Part shown: positions 50,035 through 64,000 of the stretch, piece after piece | Layout of the letters: every line of letters begins with the position of its first letter | How positions within the stretch are numbered: position 1 is the stretch's first letter | Source of the DNA: Camelus dromedarius | Lineage: Eukaryota | Assembly (NCBI RefSeq): GCF_036321535.1 | Contig: NC_087436.1 | Coordinates: 7,006,001 to 7,070,000 of the forward strand | Direction: 5' to 3' | Length of the DNA: 64,000 bases | Program-made: the position numbers and the translations under genes | Notes under the pieces: generated by a model | Databases searched by the model: none | The model's input: only the letters and a program-made list of their open reading frames with translations | What the model was told of the DNA's origin: nothing

Positions 50035-50495
50035 TCACAGTATTTGTATTTGTCTGAGTGAAGATCATGCTAGTCATGGTACCAAGCCAAACAAAACATG
50101 ATGGTTCCAACACAGTAGAGGTTTATTTCTCTTTTGCATAAAATCTGAAGCAAGTACTCTTGGTCCCTGAGGACAGTTCCCATCTAAGCAGTGATTCAGG
50201 GATCCCGGCCCCTCCGCTGTGTGGCTGAGTTGTGTAACCTTCAGTGCAAAGCTTGTCTTGTCTTCCAACAGAGACTCTCGATGCAGGGGGAGAGCATGGC
50301 AGGTGTGCAGGAGGTGTAGTAAGTAGGGGTGGACGCGCCGTACATCACTTCTGTTTGCTCTTACTCCGAAGGCTGGAGCTCGGTTGTACTGGCACAGTTT
50401 ACAGCACAAAAATGTGACTGTGAGGGGAGTCGGGAAGTGTGGTCCAGCCGTACTCCCTGGAAGAGGAGGACGTTTGTGAATAGCTTGCCCGTCTT
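50035..50495. mobile_element. MaLR LTR (MLT1J/K-like)
   Basis: aacacagtagaggtttatttctctt, gtgattcagggatcccgg, acatcacttctg and gggaagtgtggtccagc motifs are typical of MLT1 LTRs. Confidence 0.7.
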
Positions 50496-52639
50496 GGCCA
50501 TTTTATGGTATTTGATTGTAAAGAGACCCAAGCTCATTTGTGTTTGAATGTAGGTGGCTTAACAATTAAAAACAACTTGTGGGGTGATGATTTTAATTCC
50601 AAGAGAGGCTTTCTGGCCAAACCAGCTATTTATTTTTGTTGAAAAATAAGGCAGCCCAGGCTCATCCGTGGATCCAGTAGGAACCTTTTTCCTTGGCCTG
50701 GAGCACTTGTTTCCCTGACCCCGTGCTCGTGGGGGCCTCCGGGCAGCCGGGGCAGCCGCTCACAGTCCCGCAGGAGCTCATCACCATTGTTGTCTAATTG
50801 GTCCCAGGAACCGTCTTCTGGTCTTACCAGTGGCCCCCCTCTCTGGGGACAGCCACTTCCAGGGCAGCGATCCCCCTCTGTCCTGGAAAACATGAGAACT
50901 CAAGTAGAACATGAGCAGTATTCTATATGGATAATCACAAATTTTGCTGTAAGTGTACTTATTGGGTTGGTTTTTGTACTAGAAAATGAAGCTATGGTTG
51001 TATTGGTGTAGCTTCTTATGGTGTTTCCTGTTCCAATAAGGGAGAAGATAGGTGTCAAGATTGGGTTGAAGGTAAGAGATTTCTAGAGTCAGGATCCAAA
51101 GGAAAAAGTTACAAGTTTTTGCGCCGCCTGCCTGGGCCTTTGGACAAGCCGCTTGAGCTGTCTGAGCTTCAGCAGCAAATCCGGGCTCCTGATGAGTCTT
51201 GGAGCCAACGGGTGTCAGATACTCAGGGCTCTGCCGGTTACAGAGCAGTGCCCCCAGCCAGGGCAGTACTTACTACCAGCGTGAATGGAATACATCCAGA
51301 GGGGCTGGGGTTTGCATAGGTGGCGTGCTGCCCAGGAGATGACTCTCCAGTCAGTCACCCGACTCGGTGCCACCAGTTGCCATCTATTTTATTGAAAATA
51401 TTTTGGACTGAATGATCTAGAAATTTTTTTGTTGTTGAAATCCCTCAGAGGAAGGTGTGCTTTGCAGATCAGTGGTTACTGATTGTTGCAAATACCTGAA
51501 CAGGAAACGGGATTATATGCTGGGCATCTGTGTGTGTTTGGAGTGAGGATGCGATGGATGTGACTTGCAGACCGTCATAAAGCTGTGTTTCGTAGCAGAC
51601 AACAGGACATACATGTGATATATACAGGGTAATTAGTATATTGGTGTATTGGTGATATATACATGATAATTAATCAACTATCTCAGTATTTCTATGGAAA
51701 GTTTGTTTTATTTTAGGTCCCAGATAAAGATTTCCATTTTGAAAAAAATGCAGCTATCTTTCAGATGACAGACTTTTAGTGGTTCTGGTATGTATTATAG
51801 AACTGTTGCTCTGTGCCAGGTGTCCTTCCTTAAGCTGATGAAATTAGTTGATGAGGTTGTATTATAACTAACTGTGTGTGTGTCTGTGTGTGCATACTTT
51901 GTTTCTGATTGTCAAATGTCAGGGGTGTTATTATATCAGACAAGATTTTGCTCTGCCAGAATTAACTACCAGAGAAGGAGTTGCTTTTGTTTCTTGTATC
52001 ATAAGGTTCTCTCTCAATTTATATTACCTTTTTTTCCCCCTCAGAAAAAGTACTCTTTGATAAGGAACATAAGACAGAAATGACATCAAACAATGCAGGC
52101 TTCGAATGCCGTAAGGGTCGGGTGGTGAGCCTGGTATAAAGAAAGGAGTTAAAGAAGTTTTATGTTTGACACGGATTTAATGATGATTCTTGGCTATGCG
52201 ACCTGAAAATTGCAAACACTGGATATTACTATAACATTTTAAAGAAGAGCTTATAGTCAATGGTTTTCATTAAGACCCTGCAAGACAAATGAAAAACAGG
52301 CCTCAGTAATGCTGCCCAGTATATCACATGTAGATTCAGAAATGTGGTGAATCTCAAGCAATTTAGGAGGGATGACTCAGAAAGCGGTGTCGTGGTGTCA
52401 GAATCGTCGATACTGGAGATGCAGATGTGAAGTTTTAGTAAATTTGTATTATGAAAGAAAGGGTGAAGAATGATTTCAAAGTACGATTTTTCTACCTGAT
52501 TTTGAAATTTGTACAAGAAATTATATTAATAAATTGATATAAGCAGCCATTTGGGCATTTCATCAATATCCATGAGTGTTTTCAAGTCAACTAATAGATT
52601 AATAAATACACTAAAGTTTAATGCTTGCATGTGTGAGGT

Positions 52640-52820
52640 CCAGGGCCTAGCACCCGGCCACCTTTCACTATGTGATCTTGGTGCAAATCACTTCACTTTC
52701 CCGTGTCTTAGTTTCCTCCGATCTAACACGTTCGTAGTAATACTACTTCTTAAGATGCTGGTAAGAATTAAATGAGCTAGTGTACCTGCAGGTGCTTAGC
52801 CCAGGCCTGGCACGTGGTAG
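52640..52820 (+). mobile_element. MIR SINE
   Basis: tgtgatcttgg…aaatcacttcactttcccgtgtcttagtttcctc…gtaagaattaaatgag…gtgcttagc. Confidence 0.7.
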
Positions 52821-53348
52821 CTGGTGGCCAGGGGTCTTACCCTTGCCTCTCCTGGAGAAAAATGGGGCACAGCCTTGCATTTTGGAACATACGATGTTTA
52901 AGTCAGATCCTACACTTTCTCATCATCCTAAGGGATTCTGCTTTTCTGTTTTGAAGTTCATTTGAGCTTTCTTTCAACAGCCAAGAGAAAAGGCTTTTGG
53001 AAAGTATTTGCTTGAAAACATCAGTCATGTGACTGACAGCCTTTCAGGTAACTTAGTTTTATTTTCCTCAGCAGGGGTCCTAGGTATTCTATTTGGGTTC
53101 AGAATATCCCTATTGTATAAATGTAGGAATGAAACTTTAGACAGATGGTAATTTATGTAACCGTAGCCAGTGAAGTTGATGATTCATTCCTGTGTTACCA
53201 GCCCTAAAACCCGTGAGGGTGGCCTTCTGGCCCTGGGGAGAGGGCTAGCTCACTGCATTTCAGAAGCTAATTCTAACATAAAAAGGTTTCTGTTTAGGCA
53301 GGAAGCATGTCAGATTTTTTAAATTGTTCTTTTTTTTAATTTAATGTA

Positions 53349-53497
53349 ATTTTGTTTTACTTGTTTGTTTTTTTGGAGGGGGGAGATAATTAGTTTTATT
53401 TATTTGTGTATTTATTTTAATGGAGGTACTGGGGATTGAACCCAGGACCTCCTGCATGCTAAGCACACACTCTACCACTGAGCTACACTCACCCCCT
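53349..53497 (-). mobile_element. tRNA-Ala-derived SINE (Vic-1-type), long form
   Basis: TGGAGGTACTGGGGATTGAACCCAGGACCTCCTGCATGCTAAGCACACACTCTACCACTGAGCTAC; TTAATGTA direct repeat at 53341 and 53504. Confidence 0.9.
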
Positions 53498-54894
53498 GAA
53501 ATGTTAATGTATATAAGCTGTATCTTGATGTCAGATCCTCTGTGTTACACCTCCCTCCAGAACAGTATTTTAAAGCCCGTGTGGAGGTGTTCTGTTCAGA
53601 GTGCCCTCCAGGGGGCAGTGCGCTCAGGGTGGCAGGAGTGTTGGTTTGCAGTTGAAGCGCACCTGTTGGCAGTACCTATCCTGGCCAAATACAGGACTGA
53701 TGTGGAAGCTTTTACAGTCACACACAGTACAGCTAGGCATACAAAAGCACAGACTCCCCAAGTGTTAGCACTTTGAGAGAATTCTAGCTATGAATATCTG
53801 AGTGTGTATAAAAGAGAGTAATTGAACCATAAGCATATCATGACAACGAGGTCATTTACTTTGAAAAATTTAGTGCAGTACTCTAAGCAGTGAGCTCTTC
53901 CATGTAAATAAATGATTTATTTAATATGTAACCCATAGACTTTAGGGGGAATGTATGTAGTAAGTAAACTACTGGAATGGTAGTGTTAGGTATGACAGTG
54001 TCAAAAGTAAGTTAGTTACGGTTTTTTCCCCATTGAATTTAGAAACTGTCTAACCTGGGAGAGTGAAGACCTTACCTAGAAAAATGGCAGAGGGGACGAA
54101 AAGGGAGAGACATCTGCAAGGTGGATCCCACAAGTTACTTCACTTAGTCACTGGACTGTGTTATGTTCATTTTACAGAAGAAACTCGGGTACACAGAAGT
54201 TGCTCAGCTTGCTCAAGGTCACTTGACTTAGAGGAAGTTGAACAGGAGATAACTCCATATATGTCTGAGAGGCTTATGTCCTCTGAGCCTGGCAGGAAAC
54301 TGGGGGAATGTGAAGTTCTTACAAATTGTTAATTTTAGGCAGGTTTCTCCCGTAGATATAAAGCCAATTTTTGTAGAACTGTTCCTATAAAGCATAGTCA
54401 TTCCGATGTTTAAAACATCTCCAGGCCTTTTAATGAGAAATATTATTAGATCTATCAGTTTATTAAATTATTCTCTCATGACACTTTGGCGGAAACTTTG
54501 TTTCTTGCCTTTAAATGTGTATGTATACATAAACAAAAGAAACTGCATACTGTGCAGAAGTCCTTCTCCATGCTTTGTGCAATACTGATGGAGGAAAGAT
54601 TCAAGGGTGAGTCCTAATCTAGACCATGTCTTCAGTGGGTGTAAGGACAAATTACTTCTGCTGAGTAATACTCAGGGGTCCACATGCTTACTTTTTCTGG
54701 TGTTCTTAAAGAAATACTATGCTTTAGAGAAATCAGCGTTGGCCGTATTATAAAGTGGTCTTTAAAAAGAGCTACTAAGTCATATTCCTGCCTATTCAAG
54801 CTCTATGTGGAAACCGGTCAGAGCAGGTGAGAACCAGTGGTATCAGAAAAGATCAGTTTCAGTAAAAGAAAAACAAGGGGTGTGTATGTGCACT

Positions 54895-54928
54895 TGTGTG
54901 TGTGTGTGTGTGTGTGCACGTGTGTGTA
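54895..54928. repeat. Imperfect (TG)n microsatellite
   Basis: Directly visible. Confidence 0.9.
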
Positions 54929-56735
54929 CATGCAGGGAGGGAGAAAGTGTGACTTGCTTTTAAAACACATCTTGAGCTCTAACGTGGGTGAGATGGCCTT
55001 GGCCACCACGGCCCTTCTGGGAGCAGCTCAGTGACCCGCTGGCGTGGAGCCTTAGATCCCGGCAGGAGCCTAGAGCTGGAAGACTCTATGCCTTCCACGG
55101 AGTCCGCGCACGGTGATTTCGGGTTGACGCACTTGCCCGCTGGTTTCTGTGTGCCAGGCCCTCCCTGGGTGCTCTCTGCCCAGTCGCTCATTTAATCCTC
55201 ACAACACAGGTTTTTGGTAAATGATGGATGGGTGGAAACTACGGGGGACTGTATTCTCACTAACACCTCAGAGAAGAACGGGGACTGTGTCCAGTGATAT
55301 TCCGGCTCCTCCTTGCAGACCTGGAAAACCTGAGCGTGGGGAACACTCAGGGAACTCCAGTGACGGTCTCGGGAAACCCGTGCTCTTTTGGGTCCATTCT
55401 TAATGACACATCTTACTATGGAGCTGGTGTCCAGGCACAAGGTGTGATTCTCAGGTAGTGTTGTTACTCAGGATACGCCGCGGGGAGGGTTGGATAGGTG
55501 CCCATGGTCACCCCAGGCCTTGCGTGCTCCGTTGTATCTGTGTCTTGAAATAAAGTGATTCTAGGGTTTATTGGGAAAATTTTCGGTTAAATAAATGTCC
55601 ATAATGGTGGCAGTGCTCTTTTGTCTTAACTGCTGGATTTCTCAGCGACCCTCCAATGCTGATGGTGCATCGTGGAACGTGAAATTCCCCTGCGTTTCGG
55701 GTACACGGCCAGTAGGACGGCGACGCTCTCCCGTAGGGCTGGAAGAGTGAACCAGAGGTTTCTTGGGGAGAGAAGGAACGGGATGCGAGGCAGCACCCTG
55801 GTCCCTGCTGCGCTGTCACCGCTCTCAGGGACTTTTTACCAACTCAGCAGAGTATTCACTGCTGTAGTGGTGTCAGAGCCTTCAGGACAGCCACTCGCTG
55901 CATTTAGGTCCAAACAGAGCTCATGTACTAGCTGGCCGTTTCATAGATGCCAATCACTAGGTTAATTAATAAATCAAAGACTGTCACATACGCGATATGC
56001 TCACATGTGAGCCTTAAGGCTTCTGCAGTGTATCTGACTTGCAGCTAATTGCTGTAGCATCCCTGCTTCTCCCAGAAAAGGAAACAAAACAAGCTTTTGT
56101 ACCAGTGGCACGCAGGTTTTACAAAACTAAGATTAATACTAAGGTTATGCTTACTTTATGCGTTTAAGAATCTGATTGAAACACATATTACCCTTGTGGT
56201 TTCTTATGTGATGGGCAGTTTCATGACTAAATTATGGTTCAGTCATTTGCCTGACAGTAGTTGACTACAGTTGTGATTCACAAGTGCCATAGTTTTTAAC
56301 ACCTTCATTGTGATATGATCCCTGTACAGTAAACTACACATATTTCAGAGGTACAATTTCATGAATTTTGATAGATGTGTATACACCAGTGAAACCACCG
56401 CCACAATCAAGAACCATATTTTTAGGAATATAGGTTGCCTGATCCAGGAAAAATTTGAGCAGTAATACATTCATATAATCAAATGTTAAAATAAAGGCAT
56501 TTAATTGATACAAAGAAAAATATAAGAGATTCCTTTGAATTGTGTTCGTAGTGAATTACTGTTAAATATGTTGGTATTAAGATCAAAATGTATAAAATGT
56601 ATTAATTTCCCCTTTAATTATTTCATTTTATTTAAATTTTATTTAATTTTAATTATTTCAGCTAATCAGGTAACTACTATGTGTAGTCCCAACTTCAAAA
56701 ACTTTTCTTATTTTTTGAAAAGAATTTCTGTTCTA

Positions 56736-57098
56736 TTTTTGTGTGTGTGTGTGTGTGTGTGTATATTTTACTGACGTGTAGTCAGTTTAACATGTTGTGT
56801 CAATTTCTGGTGTACAGCACAATGCTTCAGGCATACATGAACATACATACATTTGTTTTCACATTCTTTTTCACCATAAGTTACTACAAGATATCAAATA
56901 TAGTTCCCTGAGCTATATAGCATGAACTTGTTGTTTATTCTATATATGTCCATTAATGTCTGCAAATCTCTAACTCCCAGTTTATTCCCTCCCACCCCCC
57001 TTTCCCCTTGGTAATCACAAGTTTGTTCTCTATGTCTAAGAGTCTGTTTCTGTTTCTCCTTTTTTTAGGTTCCACATGTAAGTGATATCATATAGTAT
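56736..57098 (-). mobile_element. 5'-truncated L1 3' end with a (GT)n microsatellite in its tail
   Basis: Homologous to 44040-44400; direct repeat TTTCTGTTCTA at 56725-56735 and 57099-57109. Confidence 0.9.
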
Positions 57099-60000
57099 TT
57101 TCTGTTCTAAAGAGTGGCTAAAGTCACAAGGTAATTCACAGCCCTATTTTAATCTGAAACACAATTAAATAGTATACTGATAGCAATTTAAGTAGGCACT
57201 GGATGAAGCCTGGAAAAGCTTGGAATGCGTGAATCTGTAGTCGTTGTCGGGCTGTGCCCCTGTTTGGTATATTCCACTCAGACAGTGAGTCACTGTCCCC
57301 GCGGGTTCCGTTCTCCCTCTGCCCCCAGGCGTACGCGTGGTGCCTGCACCTGTGTTTGCTCCCTGACTCCCAGTTCCCATCTGGCTCCTTTGCCTCCGAA
57401 GGACCATTTCCCAAGGCCAGGCTCAGGTCCCCAGTGTGCAGAGTGAAGCTGGACCGCACTGCGCTTTTCAGGCTCTTCCTTTCTGGAAACAGCACCCACA
57501 GCTTCTCCAGTTGTGGAACTTCAGCTGATGAGTCCTGTCAGTCATGGGGCTGCCATCCCAACCTATGGGAAAACATCTCAAGCGTGGCGTCTGTTCTAAA
57601 AGAAAGAAATAGTTAAGGCTAAATTTTATGTGTGTTAACCCTCAGTTTAATATAACATGATTTCATTCTGTTCTACAAAGAGTTATGGGTGGTGGAGGGG
57701 AGCTAACAAGCCGTGTTTAAAAAAGGATGTTTGACTTCTCTGTTGCGCACCGCGTCTGTTTCAGTGACCATTTGGTTTGCAGGAGTCACACTTGGAATTG
57801 GGAGTGTCGTCTTCAGCCTGGTGCCTCGTGTCCCTAACGGTGTATGACAGAGTAGGTAATCAGTGTTCATCCAATAGAACTGAATTCTTTAGAGTGGAAA
57901 TACTTCCTCTTTTCTCTGTAGACAGTCTTTGTGGTTGTTAGCCTAACGAAGCCCTGGAATTCCGCTCCCTGTGGCTGTGAGTGAGCGTAGATGAGTAGCC
58001 GTGGACTGTGAAGGCTGGACCCGCATCTCTTCTGTTAGATTTGGAGCCTGAAGGCGCCTAATGCTTCCACACAGTAAATGTAGTCGGGAAAGACGACCAG
58101 CTGGTGGACGCTGAAGAGAAGCGTGTCCTATGCGCTTTGAGTAAATAATTGGCCAGTGAGTGAAAATTCATTAGCTAGATACACCTTTGTTTGGCATATC
58201 GACGTTAATTTTTAAAAGTCACACTGTGTGGCACACGTCAACCTCAGGTCTATAAACGGTAGTAGGAATCAGCTTACGTTCCGTAATTACGTGATGTATC
58301 GATGGATGCGCTTGGAAATCTCTGAGCCGGGAGTAATGCTTCCTCCTTTGCCTTCTGCAGTGAGTTGACTGCATTAAATGGAAACATAGCTGAGATGGTG
58401 AAGGACAGTTATCCTGGCTCCGAACACATTATTTTAATATTTGATCTCTATCAGTCAACTACCCATAAAGTCACAGTCATTAATATAACTCGGCAAACTT
58501 GTCTTCAAATCATTCCTGAAGAAATCCTGCAAACTTTTCACTATTCTACATTGTGAATAAAAATATATAAATTCTTAGTTTGGAGGCTTTCGCTTTTCTA
58601 CTCCTTCGCAGGGAAATTGCTGTTTTCCCAATTTTATCTGTTTCACAGCATCTTCAATTATCAGTTAAATTCATAGTGAGAGCTACATGATTTTTGCCAT
58701 GATTTCACACATTTCAATGAACGCCTCACTTCTCTGAGCTCCTCCAACATGCGTTCCTTTACATTTATTTGGCGTCTGATCATATGCCCCCTAATAAATT
58801 TATGTTTACATCTTTTCTTTGTGTACTTTGTCTCCCATGATGTTAATAAGTATTGCACTGTACAGACTGTATTAAATACCATTGAATATCATAATTTATT
58901 TATTGAGTCAGGTCTGAAGGGCTGTGGTTATAAATACGTTTTACCTCCTTATTTGGAACCCTGAGGTATCAGACCCATTGGTCTGTGTCATCAGCCTGAG
59001 TCACCTCCCTTGTGAGACAATTTAAACTGTGAGGTGACATCTTGTTACTGGAAGGGGAGAAGGGATGAGGTTGTCAGAGGAGAGAAGGGAATATTAATAA
59101 GACCAACTCTTACTTCAGTTTTATTTTGTTAGTGTTCAACAGCCAGACGGAATCTGAATGCCGGCAGGAAGGAGGGGTGTTATCAGTGTTGCATGGTGTC
59201 TGTTAGCATGTGTTTTGAAATGTCATGTTTATTATTGGCCAGTCGTGTGTGTGATATTATAGATAAATAGTGCCCTTTTTTTAATTCAGAAGAATGGATA
59301 ACAGCTTTGAATCAGAGTGTAAGATTCTTCGGGGCAGTGTTTTCTTAGCATCTCATCTCATTCACTGACTAGCAGGGAGTAAGAAGGAAAGGGCTCAATA
59401 AATATTTTCTTCATGGGCGAACGTAGGAATATTTCCTTTCCAATGCGTCTTCTCTGCTCTGTGTGGGGAGTGGTAGAGACTGGAGGTACGTTCAGTGAAT
59501 CTGCTTAATAGACGCTTTTTTACCTGGAGTTGAAACATGAGCAAGTGGAACAGTGATGTTTACATGCCTGTGTAGACAGGCAAACCCTGTCCGTGACCTC
59601 CTGCATCCTGAGTGCTCTGAGGGCGCGCTTGTCTCTCTTTCTCCGTAGAGCTTGCATCATTGCCTGTGTAACAGTACCCTTCGTCAGTTCTAAGACGCTT
59701 ACTTTTTTTTAACCTTTAAACATCATTTGGGCGTAGATGAATCTCAGATGTGTTTCTGACCGAAGCTGTCTCTTGCCACCAAGTTGCGTTTGTGCTGCCA
59801 AACAAGTAGTAGTGGGCTCATTTGCTCCTTGGGGTCTAATTTAAAGTTGTAGCTCATTGGATTCACCCAAAAGTGCTCACCTAAGTTACTCTGAACTACC
59901 AAACCCACCTGTCTAAACCCTGAATCTCGTATTATTTGAGGCTCATCGAATTCCCATAAACTTTAAAAGTTTTATTTGGTGATTCTTGGGAAACAGGACA

Positions 60001-60152
60001 CTATTCAGGCACTGTGAACTTCAAAAATGAAGGAACTTTCCTGCCAGTACTTTTGGCTAAATGGTGTGGGGTGGAGCCTGCTGGGGTTTTTCAGTGTCGT
60101 CGTGGACTTGTTGACTCAGTGGTGACCTTAGCTTTCCCTCCTCCTTCCCTAG

Positions 60153-60284
60153 CTCCCTGCAGACTTCACAAAGCTGCACCTCACTGATAGTCTTCACCCG
60201 CAGGTGACCCACGTCTCTTCCAGCCACTCAGGATGTAGTATCACCAGTGACTCCGGAAGCAGCAGCCTTTCTGACATCTACCAG
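60153..60284 (+). CDS. RAPGEF2: RAPGEF2 shared coding exon, 132 nt, [44 protein letters not shown]
   Basis: Polypyrimidine tract and tAG ending at 60152, donor CAG|GTAAGA at 60285, phase 0/0. The peptide matches RAPGEF2 as recalled. It is too short to appear in the ORF track. Confidence 0.97.
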
Positions 60285-63200
60285 GTAAGAAGGTGTTTTC
60301 CTCGTCACTTGCTTCGTTTTCCTGTGTCCTAAGCGGTTCCGTGATTCTTCATTGATAGGATGTATAGAGTAAATACATGTGCGTATATTACATGTGCGTA
60401 CGTGTACACAAAGTGCTAGTGTTCGTGCTTCGCCCAGGCATACAGTACACTGTATGCTCGTTTTAGGAAATAGAACTTCCTAAATTAAATTAGAACAACT
60501 GTCTAATTGTGTTTGCATCTGCTGTCACCCGTCATAAGAATTTTAAATAGAGTAGCTACAATGGGAATATTTCCCTTGACTCCAAATATTTTATTAATTT
60601 GACTGTAGCCATACTAGGTGTACGACTCTTTCTTGACTAAAATTTTAGGGGAAAACTTCTGAATTATGCTTTTATAATAAGCTTTTCTTACTAAAGTCTT
60701 AAAAAGGAAGAGATTATTAAGATTGGCTCGTTGAATTATTTTTCTTGCCTATAGGTTGAGTTATATGTTTAAAATAAATTCTTAGGATACTGATGGATAG
60801 AAAAGAAACCAGAACTATGGGATTTCAAAAATGCTTTAAAAGCAAAATAATTTTAATTGTTAAGGAATAGTTCATTCACTTAGAAAATAAAAATTAGGAA
60901 AAGTGACTAAAATATGCAGAAAAAAGTCCTGGGGAGTCAGTATATAAGCTAATATGTGGTTTTGGATGGTTTCAACCAAAAAGAACATCATACTTTACAA
61001 AGTATAATTCTCTTCTTCTTAGGAATTGTGCTACGAGCTGGCCATAAAAACCTTTCTTTAGAAACACTGTAGTGTTTCAGGGTCATTGATGTATTCAAAC
61101 AGTGCCAACTTTCTATTTTTTAGAAAACATTACTAAAAGCAACTAAACAATCAGAATACCATCAGGGCGAAACATACCTGTTCAAGCCCTAAATTTAGTA
61201 GATCTTAGAAAATTAATTTTCTCTTAAGGGTGCATTAGGCACACACTTTTCTGTACTCCAGGAGTGTTGTTGAAAGGTCGCTGACTGAGAATTGGTAGCC
61301 ACAAAGCAATTATCTGCAGCTTCTTGGCTAATTAAGAACTTTTTTTATTATTTTGCAATAAGAAATATAATTATTTGACTCTTTAAAGTAACCTTTCAAA
61401 TTTCTACTTTGATGCATTAAGTGTTAACTTGTACTTAAATGTACAGGAAGTAATCCAATTTTCAAACGTTGAGGAGAGAAGGCGGTGGATCAGGGTAAAA
61501 CTGCTCTCCTCCAAGCCTTCGAAATGCCTATTTTTTAGAAGTTGACTCTTTCACACATTTACTCAGGAGTGTCCCTTGCAACAGAACAAAGGACAGTGTA
61601 AGTAGAAGCTCTGCTTTAGCTTACGTTACTTGAAACATCACGATGGACCCTTTGTCTTCTACTCTTTGAGATGATTATACATTTTAAAGATCTGTCACAG
61701 AAACACAGCTCGAGGTCGGAGCAGTTACCACTGCTTTCTCCAAGTATAATGCAAGCCTGAATGGAACTGCAAAAGGTAAATTTATGTGATAGGAGTGGAG
61801 TAGGTTGTCTACAGAATTGATCGAGGCTGATCCTGCGGGGACTTGGGCTCTGTGTCACTCCCTTGGGTAGGTTGGGGTAAGGTCATGGGGAGATTCCTGG
61901 TGGTACCTCTGCGGTCCCCAGCCACCACATCTGAGGATGCAGACTGTGGTGAGAACTCCACTTCACTCTGACTGGATTGGAGAGTGCAGCCTGCAGTCTG
62001 ACTTTATCTTGGAAAAGAGGACCCCTGTGTATTGTGATCCATTTTGCTTGAGTGTCAAGGCTATTCATTTCAAACTTGACGACAGGCGTGTAGCCTGTTA
62101 AATTTATATCCTTCCTAGGGAAAGATCCATAGATGTATCCAAAGATTTAGTTTCTGATTCTATCAGACAACATGGAAATCCTCAGTAGACCGTGTCTGTT
62201 GTCTTTAAATCAGAAACTCTCAGGTGAGAAGAAATCTGACAGGTGCAACTGGTTCAGGGACCAGTCTTGTCTCCGAACCCTCTACCACTTTCCTTTCACT
62301 CGAGCATCCAGTTTATTCTTGAACATCCCAGTGATGGGCAGCTGTCTCCCCAAGGCAACCCTTTAATCTTTGCATGGTTCTGACTGGGGAGAAAGCTGTC
62401 AGGTTGGAGCCGAGTATAAATGCTCCCAAGATGGGCACAGAGAGGTTGAAATCAAATGCTGTGTGCAGGAGAGAAGAGGACAGAATAATGTTTCAGAGAG
62501 GCTGGGAAGGGAATTCAAGAGTGGAGTGGAATCACTAGCTTTCAGGAAGAAACCTCCTCTGCGTTACTAGGGACAGGTCATGGTGGGCTTGGAGCGGGGA
62601 GTTTGGGGTTGAGGGAGTTTCTGTCTGGCGTGTCTGAGTCCTCCGTTCAGAGTGAGAGGGTTGGCAGGTGGGAACGTTTAAGGAGAGAATAGTTTCAGAG
62701 AGGAGGAGAGCAAACTGACCAGAGCGTTAAAGGCTCAGCCAGGTTGGTGCCCTTGAATGCGGAGTGATTTCCCACCGCCTGGTGCGGTAAGGGCAGAGAA
62801 AGCAGAGGTTTGGTTTCTCCAGGACTGCAGCCTCGTTAGAGTGTAGTGCAAGGAAGGCTTGAGCGACATGCCACACTCTGCATTTGCAGACCTTCTGTCA
62901 GGAATGTCCTCTCCTCATTTGACCCTCGTGTGACTTCGTTCTCAAGGACTGTCTTCTCAGAGACTTCTTTACTTACTGCCCTCTGAAAAGCAGGTTCTCT
63001 CCTACAGTTTGGATCCTTTCCTGGCTAGTCTTTTCCTTAGACTTTAACCAAAATGATGATTACTTTTGCTAAGTCGCCATACCTGCCTCCTGGAGTGGCA
63101 GCTTCAGGAAGACAGGGCACTGATCTGTCTTGTCTGGAGCCTGGAGCAGGGCCAGGAAGTCGTAGGCATTCGGAAAGGTGTGTCCAGTGAAGGTGACGGC

Positions 63201-63519
63201 ACCATTGGACTAGGGACCACAAGCTGGAAGTGTGAGGGCAAGCCACAGGACGGAGAATCTGGAAGACTGAGGATCGTGCTTGTTTTAAAAAGGGCCTCCT
63301 TGGGAGGCAGTGGAAGCAGGCTGAGAAATAGGAGGTTATTGGTGACAGAAGGCAGAGTGAGTGCCTAAGCAGGTGACAGGAGACCATGCAGTTTCAAGCC
63401 ATGATAAGGTCCTGGTCACATGGAGTGACGATCAGAGCAGTGACTGAGGTGGACTGGAAATAATTGTACAAAAATGGACAGATCACTAGAACAGAGGGTT
63501 CAAGCAAAACGAAACCCAC

Positions 63520-64000
63520 ACATAAGGATGTAGCACATAATAAAGGGAACCTCACGAGTCCGTGCAGCGATGGGTTAGTCAGTACATGGTCTTCAGGGTA
63601 GGGGAGTAATTTTAATATCCTTGTTTGTATTATAATTAAGATTAAATTCCAGATAAACCAAAGAGTTAGCAATTTCTTAGTGGCATAATGACTGATCAAA
63701 ACTTTTAATAAATTAGAAGATCAATTGAGACAAAGATTTAAAGTCAGAATAGTTTCACTTATGCAAATTAATAAGAAAAATACTCAGCTCACAACATAAT
63801 AGTATTCAAAGGACAAGAGTAGGTAGTTTGCAGGCGAGAACGTGCAAATGTCTATGCCCTAAAGAAAATACTTAAGACATTAGTAATCGAGTGTATGAGG
63901 ATTTAATATGAAACTGCTTTTCCTATTAAATTAGCACTGACTTAGTTCCTTATAATAAATGATTATAGATGGACATTCTTACACCTGTTAGGATGGTAGT
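63520..64000 (+). mobile_element. Ancient L1 (L1ME-like) ORF2 remnant running off the window end
   Basis: Degenerate motifs (aaaggacaagagtaggtagtttgcagg, cattagtaatc, cctattaaattagca); visual recognition only. Confidence 0.45.

Noticed and set aside
57783..57855. Possible cassette exon (tttgCAG…TAG|GTAATC)
   Set aside because: Weak donor, 73 nt (frameshifting), overlaps an L2-like terminus, and has no other support.
1..64000. A novel multi-gene or horizontally acquired system
   Set aside because: All recognisable sequence is explained by RAPGEF2 exons and introns plus mammalian repeats; I saw no long ORF, operon-like or compositionally foreign segment.

Overview
Mammalian genomic DNA, very likely camelid: it carries seven copies of the tRNA-Ala-derived Vic-1-type SINE and camelid/cetartiodactyl-type L1 3' ends. 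The whole window lies inside RAPGEF2 (PDZ-GEF1/CNrasGEF) on the + strand and is more than 99% intronic. I recognise a 168-nt coding exon of the long isoform (952-1119), an 18-nt microexon ECTKSQ (3490-3507), two alternative N-terminal exons in an internal promoter region (MAFLVRCYANCLQPWSSK at 22574-22627 and MKPLATPANHGVTGQQEKHS at 23477-23536), and the shared exon LPADFTK...DIYQ (60153-60284). All junctions are phase 0. The rest is SINE, L1, L2, CR1, MIR, hAT and MaLR debris plus microsatellites, and almost all ORFs in the supplied track are noise. I see no prokaryote-style novel system. The most unusual items are a TSD-flanked ~390-bp L1 5'-end/3'-end fusion (possibly a spliced L1), an L1/cellular-3'UTR chimeric retrocopy, candidate unannotated phase-0 or poison exons, a uORF whose stop overlaps the main start codon, and a complex A-B-B'-A-B microduplication. 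Repeat subfamily names and boundaries are from visual recognition and are approximate.
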